DNA from: Myxococcales bacterium
GTDB lineage: Bacteria; Desulfobacterota; Binatia; HRBIN30
Direction of reading: 5' to 3'
Assembly (NCBI GenBank): GCA_037445065.1
Contig: JBBILD010000015.1
Coordinates: 1 to 64,000 of the forward strand
DNA length: 64,000 bases
The notes beneath the pieces were generated by a model. It had not been told where the DNA came from and ran no database searches. It worked only from the letters and a program-made list of their open reading frames with translations. A program made the position numbers and the translations under genes. Shown one piece after another: positions 38,746 to 49,358 of the stretch. How positions within the stretch are numbered: the first letter of the stretch is position 1; each line of letters begins with the position of its first letter.

Positions 38746-39025
38746 GTGGACAGCCACTTCGTGTGGCTCCAGGTCCCCCGCGCGCACTCTCGGGGTCTCG
38801 TGGGCGGGTACGGGCGGCTGCGCGCCCATGACAACGGATTGGTGCACGGCGGTGCGACGGCTTGTATGGCCGAGCGCGACTCGCCAGTCGGCCTTTGCGA
38901 CCCCCGTGGGGGGAATCCACCTTACGGACCAACGAACCTCCCAGGCCCGGGTTCCCTGCCGGCCGGGTGGGAAGAGAAGCAGCGCTAGCCCCTGCTTCTA
39001 GGCGAAGAAGGGGCGGCCGCGAGAC

Positions 39026-39796
39026 TCACGCAGGGGGGCGGCGGTGGCCTTCGTACATCCGCAAGGCGAAGGTACCGGCCGGGTGCGCGCGGAGTTCCGT
39101 TACGACAGCACGGGTCGTTTCAGGGAGGTCATCCGGCCCAGGGAGCTTGGCTCCATACTGCACAGGGAAGAGTACGATGGCGCACATACTGGCGAAGGTC
39201 AGGTCGGCCGCGGTGAAGTGCTCACCCGCGAGGAAAGGGCGGCCGTCGGAAAGCCGCTGCGCGACCTCTGCAAACACTTGGCGGATCCTCGCCTCGCTGA
39301 GGCGGATCTCGGCAGGGTGGATTCGGAAGTGCCGCTCTACGACGCGGCGCGCGAGCCGGTAGCCAGCGCGGAGGGCCAGCGCCTCGTACCACGGTGCCCC
39401 CTGGTTGTTGAAGCGGAGCAAAAGGCGTGGGTGCGGCAGCAGCCAAGCGTATGCGACCCACCGAGTGTCGATGCCGAGGACCTGGGTGAACAACGGTTCG
39501 AGCGCCACGACGCCCTCCCGTTCTTTGGGCTCATCGGGGTAGAGCCGCCGATGTATTGGGGCAGCCGAGTCGGCCCAGCGGACAATCGCGTGCGAGTCGG
39601 GAAAAGTCCCGGCATCGGTTTTGAGTACCGGTACCGTTGTGCCACCTCCGGCTCGTCGCACGGCTCGGCGGTGGAAGATCTGGAGGTGGCGTTCCTCGCG
39701 GTACCGGACGCCTGCCCAGTCCAATGCCCAGCGCGCCCGCTCGCAGTAATGGCTGAGAGGAATCGTGTAAAGAATTGGCGGGGATGATGGCGCCAT
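39026..39796 (-). CDS. Glutathione S-transferase family protein
   Basis: IPLSHYCERARWALD, TVPVL, DSHAI, LSDGRPFLAGEHFTAADLTFA. Confidence 0.92.
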   Translation of the reverse strand: MAPSSPPILYTIPLSHYCERARWALDWAGVRYREERHLQIFHRRAVRRAGGGTTVPVLKTDAGTFPDSHAIVRWADSAAPIHRRLYPDEPKEREGVVALEPLFTQVLGIDTRWVAYAWLLPHPRLLLRFNNQGAPWYEALALRAGYRLARRVVERHFRIHPAEIRLSEARIRQVFAEVAQRLSDGRPFLAGEHFTAADLTFASMCAIVLFPVQYGAKLPGPDDLPETTRAVVTELRAHPAGTFALRMYEGHRRPPA

Positions 39797-40324
39797 TCGC
39801 CCCCACCATTACGCCGGATCGTGGACGGCGGCAACAGCTTTACCTTTACCGGGGCCACGGACGCACGCCGTGAATTCACCCGTGCACAGGAGCGAGCCAG
39901 CCTGCGAGAAACGCTGGCCTTTTCCTCGGCATCGTTCGGGTGCCGAGTCTTTTTGCGCCTCTTCCGGGGGCGGTGTGGTGCAGCGACTCGCGCGTATCTT
40001 AGAAACTGGCACCGGCGGGCTGCGGCCAACAGGCATCGTTGCCGCTTGCAGAGCAAGGGTGCGTCCGGCGTTGGGATGCCCCTGACCGCAGACGCTCGAG
40101 GCGGATGTGCCGCAGGATTGCACCGCGCTCCAGACGGTTGCTGAGCTGAACACGGGTGCGAAGCTGGGCGCCAGCGCCGTGCCCGCTCGCGCCTTTGGTG
40201 CCGCAAGGTCTGGCTGCCTCGGGTCCGGTTGGTCAGCTTCTGGAGGTCTCCTCCGTGCGGGAACACGCGCTGGAAAGCTGCTCTGTCTTGCCCGAAGGCG
40301 AGGTTGCACAGTAATGTGAGCCCG

Positions 40325-40762
40325 ATGCAGCCGTCAAGCAGGCCTTCCGAATCAGTGGTTTCCATGTTGAACCAAGCCTCGGAGGGCCGTTTGCCCGCTT
40401 TGTTCGGAATGCGCGTGACTGCCGCCGAGCCGGGGCGTGTAGAGGCGCGAATAGACCTCCAGCCCCACCATCTGGCTCCGAACGGCTACTTGCATGCCGC
40501 CACCGTCATTGCCCTCGCCGACACGTGCTGCGGCTACGGAGCCTCCATCTCGCGTCCCCAGGGGGCCACCGGGTTCACGACGATCGAGCTGAAAACAAAC
40601 TTCATCGGTACTGTCCGTGAAGGCGCCATCGAGTGCACGGCGCGGCTAGTTCACGGCGGCCGGACCACACAGGTGTGGGACGCCGAGGTGCGCGACGCAG
40701 CCGTGGGTCGAACGATTGCCCTCTTTCGCTGTACGCAGTTGCTTCTTTACCCGGCTCCCTGA
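40325..40762 (+). CDS. PaaI family hotdog thioesterase
   Basis: APNGYLHAATVIALADT.CGYG, FTTIELKTNF, HGGRTTQVWDA, ALFRCTQ. Confidence 0.92.
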   Translation: MQPSSRPSESVVSMLNQASEGRLPALFGMRVTAAEPGRVEARIDLQPHHLAPNGYLHAATVIALADTCCGYGASISRPQGATGFTTIELKTNFIGTVREGAIECTARLVHGGRTTQVWDAEVRDAAVGRTIALFRCTQLLLYPAP

Positions 40763-41230
40763 GGCGCCGCCTTGCGTGTGCTTACTGACGCCCAGCCTGA
40801 GTAGAGTCTCGCTCAGCGGCGCACGTATGGGAAGTGTTGGTGTGCAAGGGCTCTCAGGACGATCCTTTAGGCGGCCAGGGTCAGCAGAGAAGCAGCCTGT
40901 GGCCAGCAGGAGCACCGCGGCTGGAGCTCGCGGTGCGCCCCTCCGCACGACGCGAGTGTGGAGAGAACGGCCGGATCGCGGTGGACGCGCTCGCGCCGGC
41001 GGATAGAGGTCCGCGAAGCACGGGTCGGGCTCATGTGGGTGTTGGTAGAGCCGAGGACGTTCCCGACACCGCTAGCGGTGAACGGCTCGTCTAGCGTTCC
41101 GGATTCGGGGTTGGGGAATCGAGGGGGCGGTTCGGGTGACGGACTCGTCTGCGTACGGAGCGCCGATCGGTATACCCCGGTTACAGCTCCTGCGGCCCAA
41201 GGTGCACGGTCGCGAACCGACTCTTGCGTC

Positions 41231-42256
41231 TCACGCGGCGAAAACGCAGTTTCTGCCCTCTTCGAACGGGAGAGAGGCTAGGAACGAACGGATCTGCCAG
41301 CGTGCCGGTGCACCCGCGACGGATACCACAAGCGGGTACTCGGTAAAGCGATGCAGGTGCTCGGGAGGAATGAACCAGCAGGGGGGAGGCGCATGCCGAA
41401 GCCGCCCGGGGTGAATCTCCACGATCGCGCGCGCTTCTTTTCCGCAAGCTTGCAAGGCTCGGCGCAGAGCGCGGCCGGTCTTCCCGTATCCCCACAACAC
41501 GTACTCAGAATGGCTGCGCAAGAACCCGCGCGCGAGAAAGTGCGCTTTGCAACGCACGATCGCGCCTTGGCTATAACGGGGATGGCAATGGCGGGTTTGC
41601 CCAGGGTGGAGGCGCCACAGGCACAAGCGGCGGGGCACGCTGCCGATTTGGTACCCGGTGCCGAGCAAGCGCAACACGAGGTCGTAATCCTCCGGCCACG
41701 GGCAAGTGCGGTAGCCAAGGCGGTGCAACACTGGCGCTCGGGCGAACAAGGCGGGGTGTGCGATCGGGCACTCGATAAAGGCCTCGCGGGCGATGTCCGC
41801 TGGGGAGAGAAGGCCATTCAGCCAGAGTTCGTATGCGCGGTAGCCGTTACCGAGTGCGCGGCGTGGAAAGAGGCGAACTTGGCATCCGACCGCGGCCAAG
41901 TCGGGCTCGCTGGCAAGCATCTCCGCCTGTAAGCGCAAGCGCTCGCGGTGGGCGAGGTCGTCGGCGTCGAGCCGTGCCACGTACTCGCCGCGGCATTGCC
42001 TAAGGCCGAATTGCAGCGCCGCGGGGAGACCTTGTGCTTGCCGTGCGAAGACGCGCAGGCGGGTTTCGCTCCGCGCCCAGTAGCGGGCAACTTCGAGCGA
42101 GCCGTCGCTGGAGCCGTCGTCTACGGGCACGCATTCCCAGTCGCGCAGGGATTGACGTCTGAGGCTTTCCAGCGTGGCTGGCAGGGTGCGCGCGGCGTTG
42201 CGCACGGGCAGTAGGACGGACACCAAAGGTCGGGGCGGTGCACTGAGGATGACCAC
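41231..42256 (-). CDS. Family 2 glycosyltransferase
   Basis: VSVLLPVRNA, VDDGSSD, ARLDADD, EDYDL. Confidence 0.92.
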   Translation of the reverse strand: MVILSAPPRPLVSVLLPVRNAARTLPATLESLRRQSLRDWECVPVDDGSSDGSLEVARYWARSETRLRVFARQAQGLPAALQFGLRQCRGEYVARLDADDLAHRERLRLQAEMLASEPDLAAVGCQVRLFPRRALGNGYRAYELWLNGLLSPADIAREAFIECPIAHPALFARAPVLHRLGYRTCPWPEDYDLVLRLLGTGYQIGSVPRRLCLWRLHPGQTRHCHPRYSQGAIVRCKAHFLARGFLRSHSEYVLWGYGKTGRALRRALQACGKEARAIVEIHPGRLRHAPPPCWFIPPEHLHRFTEYPLVVSVAGAPARWQIRSFLASLPFEEGRNCVFAA

Positions 42257-42420
42257 GCGCGTTCCGTATCATCGTGGGCCAGCCGGGCAAGCCGGGCATC
42301 CTGGCGGAAGCCCACGCGCTCGCGCCTGCGTACAGGCTCGGTCGCTGCACGAAGGCGAGCAGCTTGGAAACCGCATGCAGCGCGTTTTGCTCGGCACCCG
42401 CCCATGATAGACGCAAACGG

Positions 42421-43347
42421 ATGACAGATGAACCGCTGGTGGTGCGGCGCGATCCGCGTCCCTTTGGCCGTTCCGCTCTGCGAGTGTTCCCACTCGCCTA
42501 TGGGTGTTGGCGGTGGAAGCGGGGCGATCTGCGCCGGGCGCGTGACTGCGTGTTGGCAGCGGTAGAGGGCGGAATCGAGCTGTTCGACCTCGCCGACGTT
42601 TACGGGGGTGATGGCGCGGTCGAGGAGCTGTTCGGCAAAGTGCTCCGGGAAATTCCCGACCTGCGGCCGCGTATCTACATCGCGACCAAGGGAGGCATGG
42701 TTCCGGGAGAGCGCTTCGATACCAGCCCGGGCTACCTTGCGCGCGCTGTGGAAGGATCGCTCCGCCGGCTCCAGTGCGAACGGATTGATCTCTACCTGCT
42801 GCACCGGCACGATTTCCTGACCCATCCGGAAGAGACGGCGCGCGCCTTGGAGCGACTGTGCACCGAAGGGAAGGTCTGCGCAGTTGGAGTGTCGAACCAC
42901 ACACCGGCGCAATTCGATACGCTCCAGCGGTTTCTTGCGCGGCCTCTCGCAGTCCATCAGCGCGAGTGGAGCTGCGTTTGGCCGGCACCCCTGGAAGATG
43001 GCACACTGGAGCAGTGTTTGCTCCAGCAGGTCGGGTTCCTGGCGTGGGGCCCACTGGCTGGGGGAAAATTGCTCCTCTCCGATGCCGACATCGCGCGCCA
43101 GAGGGAGGCCGACCGATTGCGTGCCGTGATCGCTGTACTCGATAGGATCGCTGAAGAGCAACAGGTGGTGCGGGCAGCCGCAGCGCTGGCGTTTTTGATG
43201 GTGCATCCGGCGCAAGCAGTGCCCATCATCGGTACCACCCGCCCGGAGCGGATTCGCGAAATCAGCCGAGACGTGTTTCGCACGCAGCTCAGCCGCGCGG
43301 CCTGGTATGCGATCTTGCAGGCTGGGATGCGGCGCAAGTTGGTGTAA
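42421..43347 (+). CDS. Aldo/keto reductase
   Basis: LAYGCWR, FDLADVYG, ATKGG, SLRRL...IDLYLLH, GVSNH, AWGPLAGG, PIIGT. Confidence 0.93.
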   Translation: MTDEPLVVRRDPRPFGRSALRVFPLAYGCWRWKRGDLRRARDCVLAAVEGGIELFDLADVYGGDGAVEELFGKVLREIPDLRPRIYIATKGGMVPGERFDTSPGYLARAVEGSLRRLQCERIDLYLLHRHDFLTHPEETARALERLCTEGKVCAVGVSNHTPAQFDTLQRFLARPLAVHQREWSCVWPAPLEDGTLEQCLLQQVGFLAWGPLAGGKLLLSDADIARQREADRLRAVIAVLDRIAEEQQVVRAAAALAFLMVHPAQAVPIIGTTRPERIREISRDVFRTQLSRAAWYAILQAGMRRKLV

Positions 43348-43363
43348 GCAGCAGAGGCCAGGG

Positions 43364-44407
43364 TTAAAGCACAGCCAACGTTGCGAATGCGCCGATCACA
43401 TGCTGCGGCTGAATCGCGGTCAAGCACTCGTAGTGACCGAAGCGACAGGTACGGGCGAGGCAAGGGCTACATGGTGGTGGTTCGTACAACACCTGAGTGC
43501 GCGCCCCTTGCGGCGCGGTGCGCGTCGGGTTGGTGGAGCCAAAGATGGTCACGGTCGGCACGCCGAGCGCGGCGGCCAGGTGAGAAGCACCTGAGTCGTT
43601 GCCTGCGTACGCGCACAGCAGGCTCAGAAGGGCCTGGAGTTCCCCGACCGAAGTTTCTCCCGCGAGTACGGTGGCCTGACCTTGTGGCAGCGCCTGCAGG
43701 AGTCTCTCGCATAAGCCGCGCTCCGCGCTCGTGCCGAGGAACACGATGCGCTTTCCCTTGGCTGTCAGGTGGTTCGCGAGTTCCCGCCAGTGTGCTTCGG
43801 GCCATTGCTTGGCTGGACCGTATGCGGCTCCGGGCGCGAGGCCAACGACGGACTCGCTGCTGCCGAGACGCTCTTCGAGCACCGCACGCATGCGACGGAC
43901 GTGCGCTGGGTGGGGAGAGAGCGGCGGCGGCGACGTGGGGGTAGGCGCCGCCACGGTACGTTGCACCAATTCGAGCCAGGCGTGCCGCTGGTGGCGGGTG
44001 GGATCGTTGGTCGCAACCGGGACTGCCCGTGTGAGCAGCCAGGACCTCCCTTGAGCGCGTACCCCAGCACGCTGACGCACGCCGCCCAGGTACATCCACA
44101 AGGCGGCGGAGAAGCTACGCGGGAAGGCAACGCCCAGATCGAAGCGGCGTACGCGCAGCGTGTACACGATCTCCCAAAGATCACGCAGGGCGCGGCTCCC
44201 GCCCCGCGGTGCAATGTATGGTAGCACCTCGTCCACCCAAGCGACCCCATCGAAGAACGAGGCCAATGGCGAATGAACGAGGACCGATAAACGCGCCTGC
44301 GGGTAGGCACAGCGCACGGCCCACAGGGCTGGCAGGCTCATGACCAGGTCGCCGAGCCAATTGACCTCTTTGACGAGAATGCGGCGGGGAGCTGGCAGGA
44401 TTGGCAC
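43364..44407 (-). CDS. waaF: Lipopolysaccharide heptosyltransferase II (GT9)
   Basis: NWLGDLVMSLP, APGAAYGPAKQW, NDSG..HLAAALG, FGSTNP, CSPCL.RTC.FGHYECL. Confidence 0.9.
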   Translation of the reverse strand: MPILPAPRRILVKEVNWLGDLVMSLPALWAVRCAYPQARLSVLVHSPLASFFDGVAWVDEVLPYIAPRGGSRALRDLWEIVYTLRVRRFDLGVAFPRSFSAALWMYLGGVRQRAGVRAQGRSWLLTRAVPVATNDPTRHQRHAWLELVQRTVAAPTPTSPPPLSPHPAHVRRMRAVLEERLGSSESVVGLAPGAAYGPAKQWPEAHWRELANHLTAKGKRIVFLGTSAERGLCERLLQALPQGQATVLAGETSVGELQALLSLLCAYAGNDSGASHLAAALGVPTVTIFGSTNPTRTAPQGARTQVLYEPPPCSPCLARTCRFGHYECLTAIQPQHVIGAFATLAVL

Positions 44408-44420
44408 GGCGGTATGAGAA

Positions 44421-45380
44421 TCAGTTCACGACGTGAATGGAATGACCGGACAAAAAAGCGCGCACGTTGCGCACTGTTTCCTGCATCAAGCGGCGGCGAG
44501 CGGCGAGGCTCGCCCAGGCGATGTGCGGGGTAATAATGCAGTTGCGCGCGTTGCGCAGGGGGTTGTCCGGGTGCATGGGCTCGGCACTGAGTACGTCCAG
44601 CCCCGCCCCCGCAATCCATTCCTCGCGCAGCGCTTGGGCCAGTGCTGTTTCATCCACCAGCCGGCCTCGGGCGGTGTTGATGAGAAAGGCAGTGGGCTTC
44701 ATTCGGCGCAGAATCGAGGTGTTGACCATCCATTCGGTCTCGGCCGTGAGAGGGCAGTGCAGGCTCACCACGTCAGCCGCGGCGAAGAGTTCCGTGAGAG
44801 AAACGAAGCGCGCGCGGGCCAGCTCATTTTCTGCGGGGCGCTTGCGGCTGGTAACCAGCACCTCCATCCCGAAAGCGCGGCTCAGTTCCGCTACGCGGCG
44901 GCCAATGCGTCCAAAGCCCACGATGCCCATACGCAGACCCGCGAGCTCGAGGGGCGCGCGGTACCAGAAGGAAAAATCAGGACTGCGAATCCAGGCGCCC
45001 GCGTGCACGGCGGCATCGTGCTCTTTGAGATGTTGGGTCAGACAGAGCAGGAGCGCGAAGACGTGCTGCGCCACCGAATCGGTGGCGTACTCGGGCACGT
45101 TGGAAACCGGAATGCCGCGAGCGCGTGCCGCACGCGTATCGACCAGATCGTAGCCGGTGGCCAATACGGAGATGAACTTGAGCCGCGGCAATTGTGACAA
45201 TGCGGAAGCGGGGAGGGGGGTTTTGTTGGTCAGCAGGATGTCGGCGTCGCGGGCACGTTCGAGCAGCGCTTCAGCCGGGGTACGGTCGTAGACCGCGAGA
45301 TTGCCGAGCGCGGCGAGCGCATCCCAGGGATTGTCGCCCGGGTTTACGGTGTATCCGTCGAGCACCACGATTTGGGTCAT
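44421..45380 (-). CDS. D-2-hydroxyacid (glycerate/hydroxypyruvate-type) dehydrogenase
   Basis: IVVLDGYTVNPGD, GFGRIG, SLHCPLT, INTARG, TPHIAWA. Confidence 0.92.
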   Translation of the reverse strand: MTQIVVLDGYTVNPGDNPWDALAALGNLAVYDRTPAEALLERARDADILLTNKTPLPASALSQLPRLKFISVLATGYDLVDTRAARARGIPVSNVPEYATDSVAQHVFALLLCLTQHLKEHDAAVHAGAWIRSPDFSFWYRAPLELAGLRMGIVGFGRIGRRVAELSRAFGMEVLVTSRKRPAENELARARFVSLTELFAAADVVSLHCPLTAETEWMVNTSILRRMKPTAFLINTARGRLVDETALAQALREEWIAGAGLDVLSAEPMHPDNPLRNARNCIITPHIAWASLAARRRLMQETVRNVRAFLSGHSIHVVN

Positions 45381-45437
45381 CGCTGTGCCTTTTCGTGCAA
45401 CGATTCCGCAATGAGAAGGGCGAGGCCGGTGCCGCGG

Positions 45438-46622
45438 TTACACTCGCTCCAAGGCTTGCGCGAGGTCGGCGATGAGGTCGTCGGCGTCTTCGATTCCGAC
45501 CGAGTACCGCACCAAATTGTCCTTGATCCCGATTTGCAACCGTTCCTCGGTAGTGAGTTCGTAGAAGCTCATGAGGGCTGGTTGCTCGATCAGGCTTTCC
45601 ACCCCGCCCAGCGACGGTGCGATGCGCGGAATCCGGCAGGCATCCACCAGGCGTGAAGCGGCGTGGAGGTCGCCCTTGACTTCGAAGGAGACCACGCCCC
45701 CAAAGCCTTTCATCTGGCGGCGCGCGATCTCGTGCTCCGGATGGGAAGGGAGGCTGGGGTAGTAGACTCGCTCCACTTTGGGGTGGCGGTCGAGAAATTC
45801 CGCAATCCGCGCAGCGTTCTCGTTCTGCCGCTGCACGCGCAACGCGAGCGTTTTTAGGCCCCGGATCAGCAAGTAGGCTGCAAAGGGGTCGGCCACAGCT
45901 CCGGTGATTCCCTGCAAGTCGCGAATTCCCGAGATGAGTTCCTCGGAGCCCAACACGACGCCAGCGAGCAAGTCATTGTGCCCGCCCAAGTACTTGGTGG
46001 CGGAGTGGATGACTAAATCGATGCCGAAGTCCATGGGCCGCTGGTTGATCGGAGTGGCGAACGTCGAGTCAATAATGGTTTTGACCCGATGGCGCCGGCC
46101 GATGTCCGCCACACGCTCCAGATCCAAGATGCGGTTGTACGGGTTGGTAGGAGATTCACTGAAGATGAGCCGGGTGGTGTGTCGCACCGCCTCTTCCATG
46201 CGTACGTAGTCGCCGGCGGGAACCGTGGACACCTCTACCCCGTAGCGGCGCAACACCTGATGCAAGAACTGGCGGGTGCGCCGGTACGCGTCATCGGTAA
46301 CGACGACGTGCGCGCCTTTGGAAAGCATGGCGAAGAGCGTCGTCGTGATGGCTGCCATGCCGCTCGAAAAGAGCAGTGCGTCTTCGGCTCCTTCGAGTGC
46401 GGCGAGTTTGCGTTCCGCCACACGCTGGGTCGGATTGCCGTAACGACCGTATTCTTCACGTTGGATTCGCCCTTCGAAGTGATCGGCGATTTCCGCTGAA
46501 TTCGCGAAGGTGTACGTAGCCGTTTGCACGATCGGCTCGGTCATGGCATTGGCCAGCTTGTGCTTGGCTTCGCCGCTGTGAACGGCTTGTGTGCTCGGGC
46601 CAGGGGATTTTGGTTCGTTCAC
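45438..46622 (-). CDS. metB: Cystathionine gamma-synthase, plant-like
   Basis: EYGRYGNPT, ESPTNP, DSTFATP, HSATKYLGGHND, IAPSLGGVES, GIKDNLVR. Confidence 0.85.
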   Translation of the reverse strand: MNEPKSPGPSTQAVHSGEAKHKLANAMTEPIVQTATYTFANSAEIADHFEGRIQREEYGRYGNPTQRVAERKLAALEGAEDALLFSSGMAAITTTLFAMLSKGAHVVVTDDAYRRTRQFLHQVLRRYGVEVSTVPAGDYVRMEEAVRHTTRLIFSESPTNPYNRILDLERVADIGRRHRVKTIIDSTFATPINQRPMDFGIDLVIHSATKYLGGHNDLLAGVVLGSEELISGIRDLQGITGAVADPFAAYLLIRGLKTLALRVQRQNENAARIAEFLDRHPKVERVYYPSLPSHPEHEIARRQMKGFGGVVSFEVKGDLHAASRLVDACRIPRIAPSLGGVESLIEQPALMSFYELTTEERLQIGIKDNLVRYSVGIEDADDLIADLAQALERV

Positions 46623-46623
46623 C

Positions 46624-47973
46624 TCAGGCCTCCATCAGTCGGACTTTGTCAGCGAAGCGGCGAATCGCGTCTACGACTTTGCGCACATCCGCTGCGATCT
46701 CGAGCGGGTGGTTGGCGTACTTGGGTTTGATCTCGGGGATTTGCCCGAGGTGATAGGCAGTTTTTTGCTCGGAAAACTTGAGGCCGTGGGCGGTCGAGAT
46801 GACCACCACTCGCTGGTTGCTACGGATGACTTTCCGCTCCACCAGCTTGCGGAACACGGCCAGGGCTACGCCCGTATGGGGGCAGTTGAACATTCCCGTG
46901 CGGTCCGCCAGTGCCGCTTCATCGGCAAGTTCGCTTTCCGTCGCTTGCTCGACGACTCCATCGAACTGTTTCAGCACGCGGATGGCGCGCTTGTAACTGA
47001 CCGGGTTTCCGATCTGGATGGCGCTTGCCAGTGTTTTCTTTGCCTGCACAGGTTCGAAGGTTTCGAAGTTTTTGAGGTAAGAAAGATAGAGCGGGTTCGC
47101 ATTGGCCGCTTGCGCCACAGCGATGCGCGGCAGCTTTTGGATGAGGCCCAGCTCCTTCATCATCAAGAATCCCTTGCCTAGGGCGCTGACGTTGCCCAGG
47201 TTACCCCCCGGAATCACCACCCAGTCCGGGACCTCCCAGTCGAACTGCTGCACGAGTTCGATGGCAACGGTTTTTTGCCCCTCTAGGCGAAGGCTGTTCA
47301 TCGAGTTCGCGAGATAGACCGTTTTTTCCTTGGTGATTTCTTGCACCAAGGCCATGCAACCATCGAAGTCGGTGTCCAGGCTCAGGACGAGTGCACCGTT
47401 GGCAATCGGTTGGACGAGCTGGGCGGGAGAGACCTTGTTGCGTGGCAGCAACACTACAGCCGGAATCCCGGCAGCGGCACAATAATTGGCAAGAGCGGCA
47501 GAGGTGTCACCGGTCGAGGCGCAGGCGATGGCAGCGATTTGCTGGCCTTCCGCGATCATTTGTTTGACGACGGAAACGAGCACGGTCATGCCCAGGTCCT
47601 TGAAGGAGCCAGTGTGCGAGTTGCCGCATTGTTTGACCCAGAGGTCCTCGACGCCGAGCATCTTCCCGTAGCGTTCTGCCCACAACAGGTTCGTCCCACC
47701 TTCGTAGGTGGAGACGATGTTCTCATTGTCCAGGAAGGGAACGACCCACTCTTTCTTGCCCCAGACCCCAGAGCCATACGGGAACTCATTCCGGCGGTAG
47801 CGTTCGTCGAACAGCTTCATCCACGCGGCGGGCGAGCGACGGCGCAGCGCTTCGATGTCGTGCTGGACATCCAAGAGATCCCCGCAGGTCGGGCAGCGGT
47901 AGATGATCTCGAACAGGCTGAAGCGTGTGGGGCAACCATTGATGCACTCGAACCATGCACTGTACTCGCTCAT
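46624..47973 (-). CDS. thrC: Threonine synthase, plant-like long form
   Basis: [67 protein letters not shown]. Confidence 0.95.
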   Translation of the reverse strand: MSEYSAWFECINGCPTRFSLFEIIYRCPTCGDLLDVQHDIEALRRRSPAAWMKLFDERYRRNEFPYGSGVWGKKEWVVPFLDNENIVSTYEGGTNLLWAERYGKMLGVEDLWVKQCGNSHTGSFKDLGMTVLVSVVKQMIAEGQQIAAIACASTGDTSAALANYCAAAGIPAVVLLPRNKVSPAQLVQPIANGALVLSLDTDFDGCMALVQEITKEKTVYLANSMNSLRLEGQKTVAIELVQQFDWEVPDWVVIPGGNLGNVSALGKGFLMMKELGLIQKLPRIAVAQAANANPLYLSYLKNFETFEPVQAKKTLASAIQIGNPVSYKRAIRVLKQFDGVVEQATESELADEAALADRTGMFNCPHTGVALAVFRKLVERKVIRSNQRVVVISTAHGLKFSEQKTAYHLGQIPEIKPKYANHPLEIAADVRKVVDAIRRFADKVRLMEA

Positions 47974-48224
47974 CGTACTTGTCTCCCGTGACTTGAGCTG
48001 GCGCCGCTGCAACCTCGGGATTCGATCGCGCCTAGGCGCAACCCCATGCGATGGCGGAGCGGAAACTACTTGTCAACCGGCGTGACAGTGTGATGGATTG
48101 GGCTTTCAGTTTGACTTTCCCTGCGCTTCGCCCTACGAGGGCGGCTGCACATTGTGGGCGCGTTCGGATTCCAAGGTTGACTAACGTAAGCGGAAGGGGA
48201 AAGAAGGCCCGGGACGGGAAGACA

Positions 48225-49358
48225 ATGAGAGCTCGCAACTTACTCGTGAAAATCGTGCTCGTGGGGTTGGTATGGGTTGCTGTGCAAGCAGGGGCGCAGA
48301 CGACGAGCGATCTGGCCTGTTCGGGAGGGCCGCGGGACGGCCAATCCTGTCAGGGTGACGACGATTGTTTTGTTTCCTGCCCGACTTCGTTTGGTGCCTG
48401 CGTGGTTGTCCAAGGCGTGTGTGACGGCGGAGACTTCGACGGGTTTCCCTGCGATTGCCCCGGGGGGCGTTGCGTGGGAACAGGTGCGAGCGGTACCTGT
48501 CAGGGAGGAGCATTCGCGGGAGACTCTTGCCGCACGGCGGACGGCGAAGGGAACTGTGGAACGGGTAGCTCGTGCGTCGGCACGCAAAGGGTGTGCGTGG
48601 CCGGGAATTTCCGCGGTTTTGGTTGCTTGCGCAACACCCATTGCGAGGGCGCGAGCTGCGCCTCGACCGGGCGTTTTTGTGACGGCGGCGATTTTTCCGA
48701 CTTTTCGTGTGCCGTTTCCGCAGATTGCAACTTGCCCACGCCGCAGACCACCCCAGGAGTGTGCCGTACGCCGGATTTCGGCTGCGCCGCGGTGACTCCC
48801 ACGTTTACGCCGAGCCCGCGTTTTACCGCAACGTATACGCCAGTCACGCCGACGCTGCCGCGTTCACCGACCGCATCGGCGACGCCGAGAGCAGACACGC
48901 CCACCGCAACGGCGCGGGTTGGTACGCCCACGAGCATACCCCCGAGAAGTCCCGCTACCAGAACTCCGACCGCGGGCGCTGGCACGCCCACGCCCACCAT
49001 TCCCAACAGCACCGTCCTGATAGCGCCCGCTTCCCGTGGCTCAGAGGTGCTGATGGTGGATCGTCCCGAGAGCGTGCCGCTGACCGGTACCATCACCCGC
49101 ATTGGCAATCAGCGGGTGTGTACGCAGTTCATTCGGCGGGCCGGTTCGAACGAGATAGCGATCAATCCCGCGGTGAGCGAGGATGTACCGGCCGGGACGG
49201 TAGTGGTGTTCGGACCCTGCGGGGTGCGCCGAGAGTTCGTGCAAGAAAGCTGTGCTGTGGCTCCTGGGACGGGTAAGCCGTGGGGTTGGCTTGGTGGGGT
49301 AGGCGTGGTGTGGTTTGTGCGGCGCCTGCGGCGGACGAGGCGGAAACCGACCGTTTAG
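48225..49358 (+). CDS. Secreted Cys-rich repeat protein with PT linker and Cys-TM-basic tail
   Basis: Signal ending AGA|Q; about five CxGGxxxGxxC modules; PT linker; ends ESCAVAPGTGKPWGWLGGVGVVWFVRRLRRTRRK. Confidence 0.85.
   Translation: MRARNLLVKIVLVGLVWVAVQAGAQTTSDLACSGGPRDGQSCQGDDDCFVSCPTSFGACVVVQGVCDGGDFDGFPCDCPGGRCVGTGASGTCQGGAFAGDSCRTADGEGNCGTGSSCVGTQRVCVAGNFRGFGCLRNTHCEGASCASTGRFCDGGDFSDFSCAVSADCNLPTPQTTPGVCRTPDFGCAAVTPTFTPSPRFTATYTPVTPTLPRSPTASATPRADTPTATARVGTPTSIPPRSPATRTPTAGAGTPTPTIPNSTVLIAPASRGSEVLMVDRPESVPLTGTITRIGNQRVCTQFIRRAGSNEIAINPAVSEDVPAGTVVVFGPCGVRREFVQESCAVAPGTGKPWGWLGGVGVVWFVRRLRRTRRKPTV

Noticed and set aside
47974..48224. SAM riboswitch or T-box upstream of thrC-metB (also checked upstream of metF)
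   Set aside because: No recognisable consensus by eye; an Rfam scan would be needed to exclude it fully
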